Assembly (NCBI RefSeq): GCF_009914755.1
Contig: NC_060936.1
Reading direction: 5' to 3' (one strand)
DNA: 64,000 nucleotides
Source: the human T2T-CHM13v2.0 reference genome, Homo sapiens
The notes beneath the pieces were generated by a model that saw nothing but the letters and a program-made list of their open reading frames with translations, was not told the DNA's origin and searched no databases. The number at the start of each line of letters is the position of its first letter. The stretch's first letter is position 1. A program made the position numbers and the translations under genes. This document shows positions 14,370 to 30,363 of the stretch, piece by piece.

Positions 14370-15290
14370 TTCCATTTATAAGATTATAAATGGAATCATT
14401 ACGGCAAGATGTCATTAGATACATTTATAATGAGAAAATTTTTACTTTTAAAGCCAATATTGATAAAATGTTGAAAGTTACACCATTTCAACTAAACTTA
14501 TAATGAAAAAATTTAATCAAAAATGTTGTAGTGGATATTTCATCAAAAATAAAGACCACTGCTCATCACACCTTTCTATTTAATGTGTTTAAATACATAT
14601 CAGAAGGAGAAAGAGATAGGATGGGAAAGAGCACATATAGTTAACAGAAACTACCCAATTAGAAATATGAAATAAATAATTCAAGTGCATTACTTGACAA
14701 CCAAGTAATGCAGTAAAACTTCAGACACTGGTTAAGTTTACCTCTCTACAATGGTTGAAACAAAAGGGTGCTGAATTTGACATGTATTATTATATCTTCA
14801 TTGATTTGAGCAACTTTCCTATGAGATCACAAATACTAATGGTCTTTGCATTTTAAGAAACTACTATAATGTACTTTACATGAATTTACACATAGATAAT
14901 TTTTGTCACCTTGATTTTTCTACCAAAAGCATAACTTCATGTCACTATGATCAACTTTGGGGTGATCACATATATTTCATATGATTCTTCTGAAAGACAT
15001 ATTTTTTATATATTATGTAGTGATTACCTATTATTTTTGCTTGTCCTGTAATCATTTTATTTCTCTTAGGTAAAGTGTATCAGAGTTTTTTTTAAGGGAA
15101 TAACCTTTTTCCCATTTTCAATCAACTTAGTGTGAGTGAGGATGACCCCTGGGACCCAAAGATTAGCTCATCCCCTAGCTTGAACAACTATTAGGGATGA
15201 GCACATTTTCTACACCATTAGATGACATTCAATAATTGGGCTTTAGTTGCAGAAGGACTTACTTCTTCTGAGATTAATTTAGAATGATGA

Positions 15291-15393
15291 TGATAATGAT
15301 AACACTGATTACTCACTCTTTGCCAAGAATTCTAAACAATTGATAATGATAACACTGATTACTCACTCTTTGCCAAGAATTCTAAACAATTGA
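15291..15393. repeat. Perfect 50-nt tandem duplication
   Basis: tgataatgataacactgattactcactctttgccaagaattctaaacaat at 15291-15340 and 15341-15390. Confidence 0.95.
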
Positions 15394-16660
15394 GTATTAA
15401 TCTGTTAAATGTCTAAAACCCAATGCAGGTACTATTACTATCTCTACCATACAGATGAAGAAATTGGGCCAGAGAGACATTAAGTTGCCCATGTTTACAG
15501 TGGCAAATATGTGGTAGGTTGATATTTCAAACTAATCTGAGCTAGAGCTACTATTCTTAATATTTGCCTATTCTGCTTCCAAAATCTAGTTCTGGAGCTT
15601 CTGGAGTAACTGTAGTACATAGAGAAGGACACCTAGCTCAGAACTAAGGGTTGGTGAAGGAAACACGGATCCAGCTGGGTCTGAGGTCAGTTCTGTCCCT
15701 AATCTCTTTAATTATATAAGCCAAGAATTCCAGTTTTCCCTTAAATCAAATTGAGTTGGGTTTCTCTCCTTAAAACCGGTAATATACTGGAGTGGGCTCA
15801 GATAAGCACGTAGAATTGGCAAATTTTCAGGAATTTTGCAAGAATACTGACGTCACATTTATAGTTTGAAATTGGCCGTAGAGAAAATATTTGCTTCACA
15901 GCAAATGACAAATGTGAACCAACAGAGCTGTTTTGTTTTGCATTTTTTCCCATTTGTTTTTTGGGGTAGGGGAACAAGGTGGGGGAAAGGAGCCAGTTAA
16001 AACATTTAGCACTACTCCACTCTTTATGACCAAGGGAGTCGGAGTCTCTACAAGGGAGTACTTATGAGAGACTACTATATCGCATCATGCCAGGGCATTT
16101 CATACATGAACATCTACTTTCTATGCTTTGTCAATTTTCAAAACAAATTCAGTTTTTTTTAAACAGATGTCATAAATGCAATCATAATGCAGTATTTCCT
16201 ACTCCCATAAATACCTCCATAGCTAGAACACACATGCAGTACAAAACACATAGGTTAAAAGAGCCTTTTGTATAAACGAATTATTTATAACTAAACAAAT
16301 TGTTTTCATTTAGACTCACAGGAATTGGGCACTGTTCTTCTCTTGTCCTTCAAAGAGTACAAGAAATGCTAATTTTTGTAAAATTCACAGAGCAGAGGTT
16401 CTTCGCAAATTATTTTTCTTCCCTTTTCACTAATTCTTTAAGAGCACCTCCATGGAATAGTTTGGTTAGGGCATTAGGGCAAATCTATACAACACTTGTG
16501 TAAATTTTAAAATAACTGACTGATCTTCTTTGTACTATTTTTGCAAAACAAAAGTTTAATCTAAAAGTAATTAGGAGGAAATAAATGAACAAATCCCCAA
16601 TTTAAAAGATATCCTACAAAGCAACTAACCTGAACTCTTTTAAAATGTATATGACATGGG

Positions 16661-16947
16661 GAAGGGTGCAGTGGTTCATGCCTGTAATCCTAGCACTTTG
16701 GGAGGCCAAGGTGAGTGAATTGCTTGAATCCAGGAGTTGAGACCGGCCTACATAATATGGTGAGATACCATCTCTACCAAAAATTACAAAATTAGTCGGG
16801 CATGGCGTCATGAGCCTGTGGTCCCAGCTACTCAGGAGGCTGAGGTGAGAGGATCACTTGGGCCCAGGAGGAAAAGGAAGCAGTGAGCTGTGTTCACACC
16901 ACTGCACTCTGGCCTGGGCAACAGAGCAAGATCCTGTCTCCAAAAAA
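16661..16947 (+). mobile_element. AluJ-like element
   Basis: Two-arm Alu with many substitutions; atgtatatgaca flanks both sides. Confidence 0.85.
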
Positions 16948-17119
16948 TACACATGTATATGACAAGGAAGAAAAAAAAATCCTGGGATTTTTTTTAAAGA
17001 GACATCAGATTTTTAAAAAGAGATTAAATAAAGAGACATGACAACCAATTGCAATGAATGATGCTTAATTGTAAATTGGATGGGGGAAAAAAAATAAAAC
17101 TAACAATTTTAAGGCTGCT

Positions 17120-17262
17120 CTACCCAACACTTGGTCCCAAGAACCTATGAGCTTATTAGAAATTCAGAACCTCAGGCTCCAGCCCAGATATACTGAATCA
17201 GACAGCAGTTTAAACAAGATTGTCAGGTGATTCCTATACGTACTAAATTTTGAGGAAGCATT
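17120..17262. mobile_element. MER5A-like DNA transposon remnant
   Basis: ttagaaattcagaacctcaggctccagcccagatatactgaatcagac...aacaagattgtcaggtgattc. Confidence 0.55.
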
Positions 17263-18159
17263 GCTATTACAAGTATTATTGGACAATTAGGAAAATTTGA
17301 TACAGACTGAATATTACACATTGTTGATTCTATCATGTTAAATTCCCTACATATGATAGTCATGTGCAGTTATATAGGAGAATGCTCTTGAACTTAGAAG
17401 GTACATGCTGAAGTATTTAGCAATGAAGTGTGAGGATATTTGCAACTAACTCCCAAATGGTTCCAAAAAAACAAAAATAAAGAAATGTATATTTATACCT
17501 TATATGCAGATATGTAAATACAGTAAAGAAAAAAGAGAAAGTAAATGTGACAAAATGTTAATTGGTGAAGATAGGTGAAGAATACATGGACAGCTGGTGT
17601 TCACTGAACTATTCTTGCAAATTTTCTGTAAGTTACAAAATGTCTTAAAAAGTTGGGGGGAAAACAAAAGTATAATGAAGCATCAGTTTAATTGGTGGTT
17701 TAGGTGGTGGCTGAGAACTGTTTGGTTTTTGGTGGTTGTTGTTTTAAGCTCCCCAGGTAATTCTAACGTGGAGCCAGAACTGAGAGCCTGTGGGTGAGAC
17801 AAACTTCAGATTGGGTATCCGGGCTTCTGAGCTTCACGTGATATAAGAGAACAAGTTTCAGAAAAGACAGGGAAATATAAATTGAGAAAGAGAAAAGAAG
17901 CCTTATTCAATGGAAGTACACATAACTCAGAAGTGCTAGAATATCTCACTCTAATACTGTAAATTAAAGGGGAAAGGCAGTCTTCTATAAAATATAAAAA
18001 ACTTTAATAGCTTTGAAAAGAAGTCTATGGGGTAGAGTGGAATAGAATTAGCCCCTCAGAAGGCAGAAGACAGATCAGGAGGTCTGATGCATGGGTCATT
18101 CAAATGACAAAAAGCATTGGAGTATACTTTAAATGTTACGTCTGATTTTTGTGAGATAC

Positions 18160-18475
<316 letters not shown>

Positions 18476-20999
18476 GAGATACTTCTAGAGTCAGACAGCA
18501 CTATGTTTGAATTCAGAAACTGCCACTTATTGAGAGGTATTATCTTGCCTAAGATATCTGGCCTCTGTGGACCTCATTGTCTTCATCTGTAAAATCGGGA
18601 GATTAACTGTATCTATTCGGCCAGTTTTTATGATGATTAAATAAAATCAGGCACGAAAATTATCCAGCATAGCGCTGCCACACGTAATACACTTAACAGA
18701 TTATTCTAAAACACTGGGTATGTGATTTTCTAATCTCTTATAACTCCACTTCATTTTTAAAAGCCATAATTAAACTGCAAGTTTATAAGTCCTAAAAAGC
18801 AAGATGTGGAGTTCTTAAACATGACTAACAAATGTTAAGCCTGAAGAAGTAATATTTGAGTTCCTGCCTTTATTTTTTTGCATGTTTTGATGCTCTTTGG
18901 ACCTTGGATGAGAACAGAAGCAGTATGTAGTCAGGATAAAGAATCTGCCATCCAACACAAATTATCTCGGGGGCTACCATTTGATGTGCTATGGCATTTT
19001 CTTATCCCCTCTCTTCCTTCCCCAGAGAGGAAAGAACTAAGCTGAAGAACTTTTATCCTTATAACCATTATGAATTGTCTTCTTTTCTAAAACACACACG
19101 CACAAAAATTAGTGTGTGTGTACTGACTGAAATATTCAAGTCAAAGTGTTTATTAAATTATTTAAAAACAATTTATTAGCAAGTGGCTTTTCAAAACTTT
19201 AACTAAAAGGCAGATAATAAACACAGAGGCTAGACATTCTAAAGAAAGCTGACCAAAGTTTAATTTAAAGTGGCCAAATCAGTTGTCCAAGGCGTCACTG
19301 GACACTGACCTAGAATAAATAAAAATCAAATGATCCTATTCAATTGTTCATTACAGAATAAAGTGGCAACTAGCCAAGGAAAGATGAGCAATTTCCATGT
19401 TCAAGCTAGCTACTGTGTTTGGAACAAATTTTTCTTCAGCAAAATATAAGAACTTTTTTAAAACAAGTTTGTCTAAGAGATTACACTAACTTCTAGTGCA
19501 TACCATAGGAGAAAGAATAAGTGCCTACCAGGCTTGCAAAAAAGTACGAACTGTACTCAGAAAATGTCTAGGGAATTTTTATGGTAAATATTAACAGAAT
19601 TATGTTTTCTTAGCATTCTCAATTGGTTTAGCAGCTATTTGCTTTTAAACTTAGAAATGATAACCAGAGAGATTATGTCTTTTAAAATTCCATGGTTTAT
19701 AAACATGTAAATAAAATATATTTTAAAAGAGTCCAAAACCTTTTAAAATTCACTAGCAGGTTGAAGTTTAAATTGCAAAGAGAGTAACTGGCAGTTTTAT
19801 ACCCCTAGACAAAAAAATGTAGGACTCCTGATAATTGCACTTAGTGCTTAAAGATAACAACATACAATGGCAAATCATCTAATAGGAAATTGCCTTTGGC
19901 AAGTGCCTCATACTGGAAGAACACAGCCGGTGATTTAGATAGCACTGCTGTGGCTCCAACTCATCTACTTAATATGGACTATGTGACAGGTCTCAATTCA
20001 TCAAGCAGAAGCCCTAAAGTTTCACAGGTTGCACATTTAAATATCTAAATTTTATCTTATTTTAACCTGAGACAAAATTACACACATTTGTACAATGCTC
20101 TGTATGAACCTATACTTAGCCAGTTACAGTTTGCTATGAAATGGTTTGTAATAACCTCACCCTAAATTTATCAATTAATCATATGCATTTACCGACACTC
20201 ATAAAGGTAGATATTCACAAAGGTATTACTTTATAATTTAATCTTTGTCTAAGGTGAAAAGATTTATGGCCCCAGTTTTGGTTATTATGGGCATTGGTAG
20301 ATAGAAGTTCCTGGAAATATCATAGGAAATATTAGGTCTGCCAGGAATCAAATTATTACTTCTGAGGTATTGAAATATTTCCAAATAAAGAAGCAATGCA
20401 GTAGTTCAATACATATTTCAGCTGAGCTTGTTAGTTTATCTGCAGTCTGGAAATTGAATCCTTTTTCCTAGAGTACAGAAATGTGTCAAGCAGCGGGAAA
20501 ATAGTTAACAGATTTAACATAAATAAATGCTGTTCATGGATTCCCGGAGTAGAACTGGCCACTATGTGAGAGCCAGTACTATGTGGCTATGTTAGGTGCT
20601 TGAGATTCATCAGTGAACAAAATAAAGATTCTTGCTCTTATGGTACTTTCATTCTATAGGGAGGAGTCACACAACAAATAGACATATTAAACCAGTAAAT
20701 TATATTGTATCTGAGAAATCATAGGGAGTATGGCAATAAGAAAGTAGAACAAGGCAAGGAAGTTTGGAAGTGTGTAAGGCATGCTTGGGAAGGCTGACTA
20801 CATTTCAAATACAGTGTTCAGAATAGTGTTATGTAAAACATATTTTAGCAAGGCTGTGAAGAAATGATGGAATTAGCCATGAAGATATTGAGGGAAGAGT
20901 GTTTTGCACAAAGCCCCTAAAGCAGGAACATGCTAATATGCACTAGGAAAAGCAAGTATACAGTATGATTTGAGTAGAGCAAGCAAGCATACGGGTGTG

Positions 21000-23373
21000 T
21001 GATATAGTTTGACTATGTCCCTACCCAAATCTCATCTTGAATTGTAACTTCCCAAATTCCCACATATCATGGAAGGAACCTGGTGAGAGGTAATTGAATC
21101 ATGGGGGCGGGTCTTTTCTGTGCCGTTCTCATGATAGTGAATAAGTCTCATGAGACCTGACAGTTTTAAAAACAAGAGTTTCCCTACACAAGCTCTCTCT
21201 CTTTGCCTGCTGCCATACATGTAAGATGTGACTTGCTCCTCCTTGCCTTCCACCATGATTGTGAGGCCTCCCCAGCCATGTGGAACTGTAAGTCCATTAA
21301 ATCTCTTTCTTTTGTAAATTGCTCAGTCTCAAGTATGTCTTTATCTGCAGCATGTCTTTATCTGCAGAATAAAAACAGACTAATACAGTAAACTGGTGCC
21401 AGTAGAGTGGAGCACTGCTGGAAAGATACCCAAAAATGTGGAAGCAACTTTGGAACTGGGTAACAGGCAGAGGTTGGAACAGTTTGAAGGGCTCAGAATA
21501 ACACAGAAAAATGTGGGAAAGTTTGGAACCTCCTAGATACTTGTTGAATGGCTTTGACCAAAATGCTGATAATGATATGGACAATGAAATCCAGGCTGAG
21601 GTATTCTCAGTTAGAGATGAGGAACTTGTTGGGAACTGGAGCAAAGGTGACTCTTATTAAGTTTTAGCAAAGAGACTGGCAGCACTTTGCCCCTTCCCTA
21701 GAGATTTGTGGAACTTTGAATTTAAGAGAGATAATTTAAGGTATCTGGCAGAAGAAATTTCTAAGCAGCAAAGCATTCAAGAGGTGACTTGGGTGCTGCT
21801 AAAGGCATTCAGTTCTAAAAAGAAAACAGCATAAAAGTTTGGAAAATTTGCAGCCTGACAATAAGATACAAAAGAAAATCCTATTTTCTGAGGGGAAATT
21901 CAAGCTGGCTGCAGAAATTTTCATAATTAACAATAAGCCGAATGTTAATCCCCAAGATAATGGGGAAAATGTCTCCAATGTATGTCAGGGACCTTCTTGG
22001 CAGCCCCTCCTATCACAGGCCCAGAGACCTAGGAGGACAAAATGGTTTCATGGGCTAGGCCCAGGGTCCCCATGCTGTGTGCAGCCTATGGACTTGGTGC
22101 CCTGTGTCCCAGTCACTCCAATCACGGCTGAAAGGGGCCAAGATACAGCTCAGGCCGTGGTTTCAGAGGGTGCAGACCCCAAGCCTTGACAGCTTCCATG
22201 TGGTGTTGAGACTGCAAGAGCACAGAATTTAAGAATTGGGGTTTGGGAACCTCTGCCTAGATTTCAGAGGGCGTGTGGAAATGCCTGGATGCCCAGGCAA
22301 AAGTTTGTTGCAGGGGCAGGGCCCTCATGAAGAACCTCTGCTAGGGCAGTGTGGAAGGGAAATGTGGGGCCAGAGCTGCTACACAAAGTCCCTACTGGAG
22401 CACTGCTTAGTGGAGCTGTGAGAAGAGGGCCACTGTCCTCTAGACCCCAGAATGGGTAGATTCACTGACAGCTTGCACCGTGTGCCTGGAAAAGCCACAG
22501 ACACTTAACACCAGCCAGTGAAAGCAGCCAGGAGCAGGGGCTCTACCCTGCAAAGCCACAGGGGCAGAGCAACCCAAGACCATGGGACCCCACCTTTTGC
22601 CTCAGTGGGACCTGGATGTGAGACCTGGAGTCAAAGGAGATCATTTTGAGCTTTAAGATTTGTCTGCCCTGCTGGATTTTGGACTTGCATAGGGCCTGTA
22701 GCCCCTTTGTTTTGCCCAGTTTCTCCCATTTCGAATGGCTGTACCTACCCAATGCCTGTAACCCCATTGTATGTAGGAAGTAACTAACTTGTTTTTGATT
22801 TTACAGGATCACAGGCAGAAGGGACTTGCCTTGTCTCAGATGAGACTTTGGACTGTGGACTTTTAAGTTAATGTTAAAATGAGTTAAGACTTTTGGGGAA
22901 TGTTGGGAAAGCATGATTGGTTTTAAATGTGAGGACATGAGATTTGGGAGGGGCCAGGGATGGAATGATATGGTTTGGCTCTTTCCCCACCCAAATCTCA
23001 TCTTGAATTGTAACTCCCACAATTCCCATATGTTGTGGGAGGAATTCGATGGGAGGTAATTGAATCATGGGGCAGGTATTTCCCATGCTGTTCTCGTGAT
23101 AGTGAGTAAGTCTCATGAGATCTGACGATTTCAAAAAGGGGACTTTCCCTGCACAAACTCTCTTTCTTTGCTGCTGCCATCCATGTAAGACGTGACTTTC
23201 TCCTCCTAGCCTTCCTCAATGATTTGGAGGCCTCCCCAGACATGTGGAACTATAAGTCCATTAAACTTCCTTCTTGTAAATTGCCCAGTCTTGGGTATGT
23301 CTTTTGTAAATTGCCCAGTCTTGGGTATCTCTTTATCAGCAGTGCAAAAGAAGTGTAAAAGCAGACTAATATA
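21000..23373 (+). mobile_element. Full-length THE1 (MaLR) provirus: 5'LTR 21000-21387, internal region, 3'LTR 22966-23373
   Basis: Both LTRs begin tgatat..ttt and end ctaata(c/t)a; typical THE1 internal sequence; 5-bp TSD GTGTG at 20995-20999 and 23374-23378. Confidence 0.9.
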
Positions 23374-25230
23374 GTGTGGTAGAAAACTTCAGAGAGCTAA
23401 CAGGGCACTAGATCAAATAGAGTCTCTTGTTACATTTGGGAGTCACTGACATGTGGATCATATTCAAAATCATAAGGCTAGATGAGACTACCAAGAAAGT
23501 AAACAGAGAAAAAAAAAACCAAGAACTAACTCTGCACATGTAAGAGATTGGGGAAAAGAGGAAGAACAATCCAGGGAGAGTGATAACAAAGCACTAGGAA
23601 GGTAGAAGAAAAACAAAGAAACCAAGTTTGAAACAAAAGAAAAAAAATGTTAAAGACAGCTGGAGAGAAGGGTAGGTTACCTACAAAGCGAAGTCCATCA
23701 GGCTAACAGTGAACCTTTCAGAAGAAACCCTACAAGCCAGAAAAGATTGGAAGCCTACATTCAGCATTCTTAGAGAAAAAAAAATTCCAACCAAGAATAT
23801 CACATCCAGGCAAACTAAACTGCATAAGTGAAGGATAAATAAGATCCTTTTCAGACAAGCAAGTGCTGAGGGAATTTTTTACCACCAGACATGCCTTACA
23901 AGAGGTCCTGAAAGATACACTAAATACGGAAAGGAAAGACAGTTACCAGTCACTACAAAAACACACTTAAGAATGCAGACCAGTGACACTATAAAGTAAC
24001 CACACAAACAAGTGTGCACACAAACCAGCTAACAACATGATGACAGGATCAAATCCACACATATCAATGTAACCTTGAATGTAAAGGAGCTAAATGCACC
24101 AATTAAAAGGCACAGAGTTGCAAGCTCGATAAAGAAGCAAGACCCACTAACATGCTGTCTTCAAGACACCCATTGCACATATTATACAATGATACCCATA
24201 GGCTCAAAATAAAGAAATTGTGAAAAATCTACCAAGCAAATGGAAAACAAAAAATATCAGGGGTTGCAATCCTAATTTCAGGCCAAAAAGACTTAAACCA
24301 ACAAGATTAAAAAACATAAACACATTATACAATGGTAAAGGGTTCAATTCAACAAGAAGACCTTACTATCCTAAATATATACACATCCAACACAGGAGCA
24401 CCCAGATCCATAAAGCAAGTTCTTAGAGACCTACAAAAAGACTTAGATTCCCATACCATAATAGTGGGAGACTTCAACACTCCACTGACAGCATTACACA
24501 GATTGTCAATGCAGAAAAGCAAAGATATTAAGGACCTAAACTCAAAACTTGACCAAATGGATTTAATAAACATCTACAGAACTCTCCACCCCAAAACAAC
24601 AGAATATACATTCTTCTCATCATCACATGACACATCCTCCAAAACTGACCATACATTTGGACATAAAACAATACTCAGCAAATTAAAAAAAAAAAATACA
24701 TCATACCAACCATGCCCTCAGGCCACAGCACAATAAATATAGGAATCAATACTAAGAAAATCACTCACTACCATACAATTACATGGAAATTAAACAACCT
24801 GCTCCTGAATGACTTTTGGGTAAACAATGAAATTATGGCAGAAATCAAGAAATTCTTTGAAACTTTTGAGAACAGATACAACATACCAGATTCTCTGAGA
24901 TACAGCTAACTCAGTATTAAGAGGGAAGTTTATAGCACTAAATGACCACATCAGAAAGAAAGATCTCAAATTAACAACTTAACATCACAACTAGAAGAAC
25001 TAGAGAAGTAAGAGAAAACCAACCCTAAAGCTGGCAGAAGACAAGAAATTACCAAAATTAGGGCTGAACTGAAGGAAATGGAGACACAAAAAGCCATACA
25101 AAAGACCAGCAAACCCAGGAGTTGATTTTTTGAAAAAATTAATAAGAAAGATAGACTGCTACCTAGACTAATAAAGACAAAAAAAAAAAAGAGAAGATCC
25201 AAGTAAACACAATTAGAAATGACAAAGGGA

Positions 25231-25536
<306 letters not shown>

Positions 25537-27259
25537 TTACCACTGACCCCACAGAAATACAAAAACCTATCAGACACTACTATAAACACCTCTATGGGTA
25601 CAAACTAGAAAATTTAGAAGAAATGAATATATTCCTAAACACATGCAACCTCCCAAGACTGAACAAGGAAGAAACTGAATCCCTGAAGAGACCAATACTG
25701 AGTTCTATAACTGTATAAGTAAGAAAAAGCCTACCAACCAAAAAAAACCCAGGGCCAGATAGATTCATAGCCGAGTTATATCAGATTTATAAAGAAGAGC
25801 TGGTGCCATTCCTACTGAGACTATTTCAAAAAATTGAGGATGAAGGACTCCTCCCTAACTCATTCTATGAGGCCAGCATCATTCTGATACCAAAATGTGG
25901 CAGAAAGAAAACCAAAAAAAAAAAAATTTCAGGCCAATATTCTCAGTGAACACAGATGTCAAAATCCTCAACAAAATACTAGCAAATCAAATTCAGCAGC
26001 ACATCAAAAAGCTAATCCATCATGATCAAGTATGCCATATCCTTGGGATGCAAGGTTGGTTCAACATATACAAATCAATAAATGTGACTGACTACATAAA
26101 CAGAACTAAAAGTAAAAACCATATTGAGATATGATTACCTCAATAGATGCAGAAAAGGCTTTTAATAAAATTCAACATCCCTTCATGCTAAAAACCCTCA
26201 ATAAGCTAGGAATTGAAGAAACGTACTTCAAAATAATAAGACCCATCTATGTAAAACCCACAGCCTACATCAGACTGAATAAGCAAAAACTGGAAGCATT
26301 CCCCCTTGAAAACTGGAAGAAGACAAGTATACCCTCTGTCACCACTCCTACTCACCATAGTATTGAAAAGTCCTGGCCAGAGCAAACAGGCAAGAGAAAG
26401 AAAGAAAAGACATCCAAATAGGAATCAAGGAAGTCAAATTATCCCTGTTTGCAGATGACATAATTCTATATCTAGAAAACCTCATAATCTCTGCCCAAAA
26501 GTGCTTTGATCTGATAAACAATTTCAGCAAAGTTTCAGGATACAAAATTAACATACAAATATCAGTAGCATTCCTATACAACAACAACATCCAAGCCAAG
26601 AGTCAAATCAGGAATGCAATTCCATTAATAACTGCCACAAAAAGAATAATATATCTAGGAATACAGCTAACCAGAGAGGTGAAAGATCTTTACAATGAGA
26701 ATTACAAAACACTGCCCAAAGAAAGCAGAGATGATGCAAACAAATGGAAAAACATTCCATGCTCATGGATAGGAAGAATCAACACCATGAAAATGGCAAT
26801 GATGCCCAAAGAAATTCACAGATTCGAAGTTATTTCTATCAAACTACCAATAACATTCTTCACAGAATTAGAAAAATATATTTTAAAATTAATGTGGAAC
26901 CCAAAAGGAGCCTAAAGAGCCAAGGCAATCTTAAAGCAAAAAGTTCAAAAAGGGAGGCATCATGTTACCCAACTTCAAACTATACTACAGGTCTACGGTA
27001 ACCAAAACAGCATGATACTGGCACAAAAAAACACACATAGACCAATGGAATAGAATAGAAAGTCTAGAAATAAAAGCCTCATGCCTGCAACCATCTAATC
27101 TTTGACAAAGGTGACAAAAATAAGAAACAGGGAGAGGACTCCCCTTTCAATAAATGATGCTGGAATAACTGGCTTGCCATATGTAGAAAATGGAAACTGA
27201 ACCCCTACCTTATACCACATACAAAAATTCACTCAAGATAGATTAAAGACTTAAATGTA

Positions 27260-27560
<301 letters not shown>

Positions 27561-29398
27561 TTAAAAAACCCTGGAAGATAACCTAGGAAATACCATTCTG
27601 GATATAGGACATGACAAAGATTTCATGACAAAGATGCCAAAAGCATACAACAAAAAAGTTAACAAAAAGGATTTAATTAAACTAAAGAGTTTCTGCACAG
27701 CAAAAGAAACTACCAACAGAGTAAACAGACAATCTACAGAATGAGAAAAAATATTTGCAAACTATATATCCAACAAAGGTCTAATATCCAGAATTTATAA
27801 GGGACTTAACAAGCAAAAACTAACAACTTCATTAAAAAGTGGGAAAAGCACGTGAACGCTTTTCAAAAGAAGACATAAATGTGGCCAAAGCATAGGAAAA
27901 AATGCTCAACATCACTAATCATCACAGAACCACAAATCAAAACCATAATGAAATACCACCTCATACCAATAAGAATGGCTATTTATTAAAAAGTCAAAAA
28001 ATAACAGATGCTGATGAGGTTACAGAGAAAAGGGAACACTTATATACTGCTGGTAGGAATGTAAATTGGTCCAGCCACTGTGCAAAGCAATGTAGCAATT
28101 ATTTGAAGAACTTAGAAGAGAATTACCATTTGACCCAGCAACCCTATTATTGGGTATATACACACAGGAATATAAATCATTCTACCATAAAGACACATGT
28201 ACCTGCATGTTCATCACAGCACTATTCACAATAGCAAAGACATGAAATTAACCTAAATGCCCATCAATGGTAGAACGAATAAGGAAAATGTGGTATATAT
28301 ATGCCATGGATTACTACACGCCATAAAACAAGAATGACATCATGTCCTTTGCAAGAACATTGATGGAGCTGGAGGCCATCATCCTTAGCAAACTAATGCA
28401 GGAACAAAATCCAAATGCCACATGTTCTAACTTATAAGTGAGAGCTAAATGATAACCCAAAGAGAGGGACAACAGATACTGTGGCCTATTTGAGGGTGGA
28501 GGCTGGTAGAAGGGAGAGGATCAGAAAAAATATCTATCAGATAGTATGCTTATTACCCAGGTGATGAAATTATCTGTCCACCAAATCTCCATGACACACA
28601 GTTTACCTATATAACAATCCTGCACATGTACCCCAGAACCTAAAATAAAAGTTAAAGAAAAAAAAGAAAGATAAATGAAGAGAATGTGTCCTGCAAGCTA
28701 GATAGGAAAATTATGTCAAGAAGGAAGGGGTGATTAAATGTGTCAAATCCTGCTCGTGGTTCAAGTTACATAAGGACTGGAAATTGGCCACTGGATTTAA
28801 TAATGTGTATGTGACAGGTGAAAGGAGTGAATAAGCCTGATTTGCATGGGATTAAGAAAGAATGGGGGAAGGATTTGGTGACAGCAATAATAAATAACCA
28901 CTTTGAAGAGAATTATTGCAACGGGAAAAAAACATGGGGTGGTAGCTTGTGAGAGAATAGATCAAAATGGAGAATTCCATAAATAAATAAATACATGTTT
29001 GTATACTGATAGAAATGATTCAGTAAGAGTGAATAATGTTTATGTAGAAAAAGAGGGAAGAATCATTAACTCAATGTCTTAGAGTAGACAAGAGAAGGCA
29101 ATGTCTAGTTACCAAGTGGAAGGATAGGCTTAGATAGGAGTATGGATGATTCATGGTAAGAGCAGGGAAGAAGTTAAGTACCAATGCTACTAGGTGGGTG
29201 GATGTGGTGACAGAAATATGCAGAAGTTCTCTTCTTATTAAAAGTTTCTCAGTTCGTAAGACATAAAGTCATCATCAAAGAGGAGGTGGCAATGGAGGTT
29301 TAAGGAGAGGGAAGGAGGTATAAAAAGCAGTCTGGGAGAATAGGAATGAACTGGGGGAGTACCATGTAGTGTTATTGGCAGTCAGCAGTAAGGGCTCA

Positions 29399-29746
<348 letters not shown>

Positions 29747-30363
29747 TCACTGGTTTACACTGTGGTGTCTTCTGTATCCACTTCCCAGAACCAACTTTAA
29801 GGTACATCACATGGTAGAGTCTCAGTACCATTTAGTTAGACTGAATTGTGCCACGGCTTTTGTAGCAATGGCATTGCATTTTTTCCACAATTAAAGTGTT
29901 AGAAAGAACCATCACACATAGCTGTTCTGCTAGAAACAGAAGTGTGTAACCCAGATCCTGCCCTTGCTCTCTCCACCTACGAGATAGCTTTCCGCACATT
30001 CACAGAGACCACCAGTGAAGGTATGACCTCTAAGCTTGGCTTCAGTTGTGCGATACTTTGCTGAGACACAGCCTCCTTCTATTTAGTGAGGTCAGTAGCT
30101 GTCTTACTTTTCATATGAATAAAATCCATTTTAGATACACATAGAGAAAGTTTAACTTGCTCTTTGTTCATTTCATCTTGTTAGTTACTTAATGGTTCAT
30201 TCTAAGCTTTCTCTTGTCTCATGTAGAATCATTCCAAATTACCCATTGGCTATTAAATTGCATTGCTCACCTTGTCATACTTTTTAAATGTGTCATTCTA
30301 TGCTGCTAGTCCAAAACCAGATTAGAATATGGTAAGTCTATGTTATTCAAAAAATGTACTCAC

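Noticed and set aside
14248-15393. Direct repeats superficially resembling a CRISPR array
   Set aside because: No unique spacers, no cas genes, human DNA; these are simple tandem repeats
21032-23243. Many 60-116 aa ORFs in both THE1 elements (also 34199-36268)
   Set aside because: Chance ORFs in non-autonomous MaLR sequence, with no gag/pol motifs
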